Below are positions 62,946-64,000 of a stretch of 64,000 nt of DNA, piece by piece (the first letter of the stretch is position 1; every line of letters begins with the position of its first letter). Position numbers and translations under genes: made by a program. Location: assembly GCA_013387215.1 (NCBI GenBank), contig WARW01000002.1, forward strand, positions 3,659 to 67,658, read 5' to 3'. The notes beneath the pieces were generated by a model. That model was not told the DNA's origin. It searched no databases and saw only the letters and a list, made by a program, of their open reading frames with translations. Source of the DNA: Patescibacteria group bacterium (GTDB taxonomy: Bacteria > Patescibacteriota > Microgenomatia > UBA12405).

Positions 62946-64000
62946 TTAACAAGACTTGGTTTCTTCCGCAGGTGCCTCATCGTTCTTTTCCAAGATGGTC
63001 ATGGCATTTAGTTTGTCGTCGTTTGACTTAAACCTCATTAAAATGACGCCTTTGGTGTTTCGACTGAGAGTGGGAATGTTTTTCAAAGGAAGCTTGATGG
63101 TGACAGCTTTCTTGGAAACCAAAATCACCTGATCGTGGATTTCAGAAACAACTTGAGCGGCTGAAATCTTACCGGTTTTTGGAGAGAGATTGGCAACTTT
63201 GATACCAATACCGCCTCGTTTTTGAATTGGGTAAAGATAAACATCGGTTCGTTTACCAATACCATTTTCAGTGACAACAAATAAGTGTCGGAATTGCTTG
63301 ACAGCAGTTTTATCTTTTTTGTTGACTTCGATAGTAGCTGGCACAATGTCCATACTTACCAAGTAATCGTTGTCTTTCAAAAGAATTCCCCGAACGCCGC
63401 GGGTGTGACGACCCATTGGGCGAGTGTCTTTTTCATCAAAGCGGATACATTTGCCGTCGTGAGTAACTAAAAATACTTGGTTGTTACCATCAGTGATTTT
63501 AGCCCAGATCAATTGATCGTTAAGATCAAGTTTGATAGCGGTTAAACCGTTTTGACGAATATTTTTGAATTTATCGATAGAAGTCTTTTTGATAACGCCT
63601 TGTTTGGTGGCCAATAAGATGAATTTACAATTAGAATTCTTGCTGATTGGCAAGACTGTTTGAACAGATTCACCTTGGACAATGTTAATTAAATTAACTA
63701 ATGCCTGACCTTTAGCTTGGCGAGTGCCTTCTGGCAGATCCCAGACTTTGGTTTTGAATACACGACCTTTATTAGTGAAGAACAATAAATCATCATGGGT
63801 GTCGACAGACAACATGGATTCAATTTCATCTTCAACTTTAGTGGTCATGCCAACAACACCAACTCCACCTCGTTTTTGAGTGTGATAAGTTTCTTTTGGA
63901 AGACGTTTAATATAACCAGTTTTAGTTAAAGTTACCAAAACAGCTTCATTTGGAGTTAAATCTTCTTCGCTGAAATCTTCAAGATTTCGAACATAGATTT
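62946..64000 (-). CDS. gyrA: DNA gyrase subunit A, C-terminal beta-pinwheel; gene starts beyond the window
   Basis: GyrA-box QKRGGVG, FTNKGR, RPMGR.TRGV, repeated blades. Confidence 0.95.
   Translation of the reverse strand, partial: IYVRNLEDFSEEDLTPNEAVLVTLTKTGYIKRLPKETYHTQKRGGVGVVGMTTKVEDEIESMLSVDTHDDLLFFTNKGRVFKTKVWDLPEGTRQAKGQALVNLINIVQGESVQTVLPISKNSNCKFILLATKQGVIKKTSIDKFKNIRQNGLTAIKLDLNDQLIWAKITDGNNQVFLVTHDGKCIRFDEKDTRPMGRHTRGVRGILLKDNDYLVSMDIVPATIEVNKKDKTAVKQFRHLFVVTENGIGKRTDVYLYPIQKRGGIGIKVANLSPKTGKISAAQVVSEIHDQVILVSKKAVTIKLPLKNIPTLSRNTKGVILMRFKSNDDKLNAMTILEKNDEAPAEETKSC

Noticed and set aside
2902-63470. Many short ORFs antisense to or nested in long genes
   Set aside because: They overlap well-supported genes and show no independent signals.
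1-64000. Alternative genetic code (UGA=Gly as in Gracilibacteria/Absconditabacteria)
   Set aside because: Conserved genes are full length under code 11, and TGA serves as a stop (mreB, xer).

Overview
Low-GC chromosomal window read with the standard bacterial code (table 11). Gene content and reduced proteins (152-aa EF-Ts, RF1 without its N-terminal domain, rpsB-tsf-frr-rseP without pyrH, standalone TraD/VirB4-like ATPase, cohesin/dockerin surface proteins) suggest Patescibacteria/CPR, probably Microgenomates (inference). It holds mostly housekeeping genes (fmt, def, mreB, mrdA, dprA, topA, rpsB, tsf, frr, dnaX, recR, cysS, rpsF-ssb-rpsR, prfA, rpmE, hisS, dnaB, pta, xer, partial gyrA) and five tRNAs. 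The most unusual signal is non-coding. Five small orphan transcription units, plus a permease leader, share an rRNA-operon-like layout: sigma70 promoter, hairpin, boxA-like element, then a leader strand complementary to the unit's own 3' trailer so that a long-range stem encloses the ORF, with compensatory changes between copies. One such unit sits between 14-bp direct repeats at the topA 3' end. Other finds: a complete leaderless His-leader attenuator upstream of hisS, a ~160-nt structured ncRNA candidate, a 32-aa histone-H1-like microprotein, a cohesin-dockerin surface operon, REP-like hairpins, and a symmetric dif-like site next to the xer gene at an apparent strand-skew switch. All calls come from manual reading; no searches or folding programs were run.
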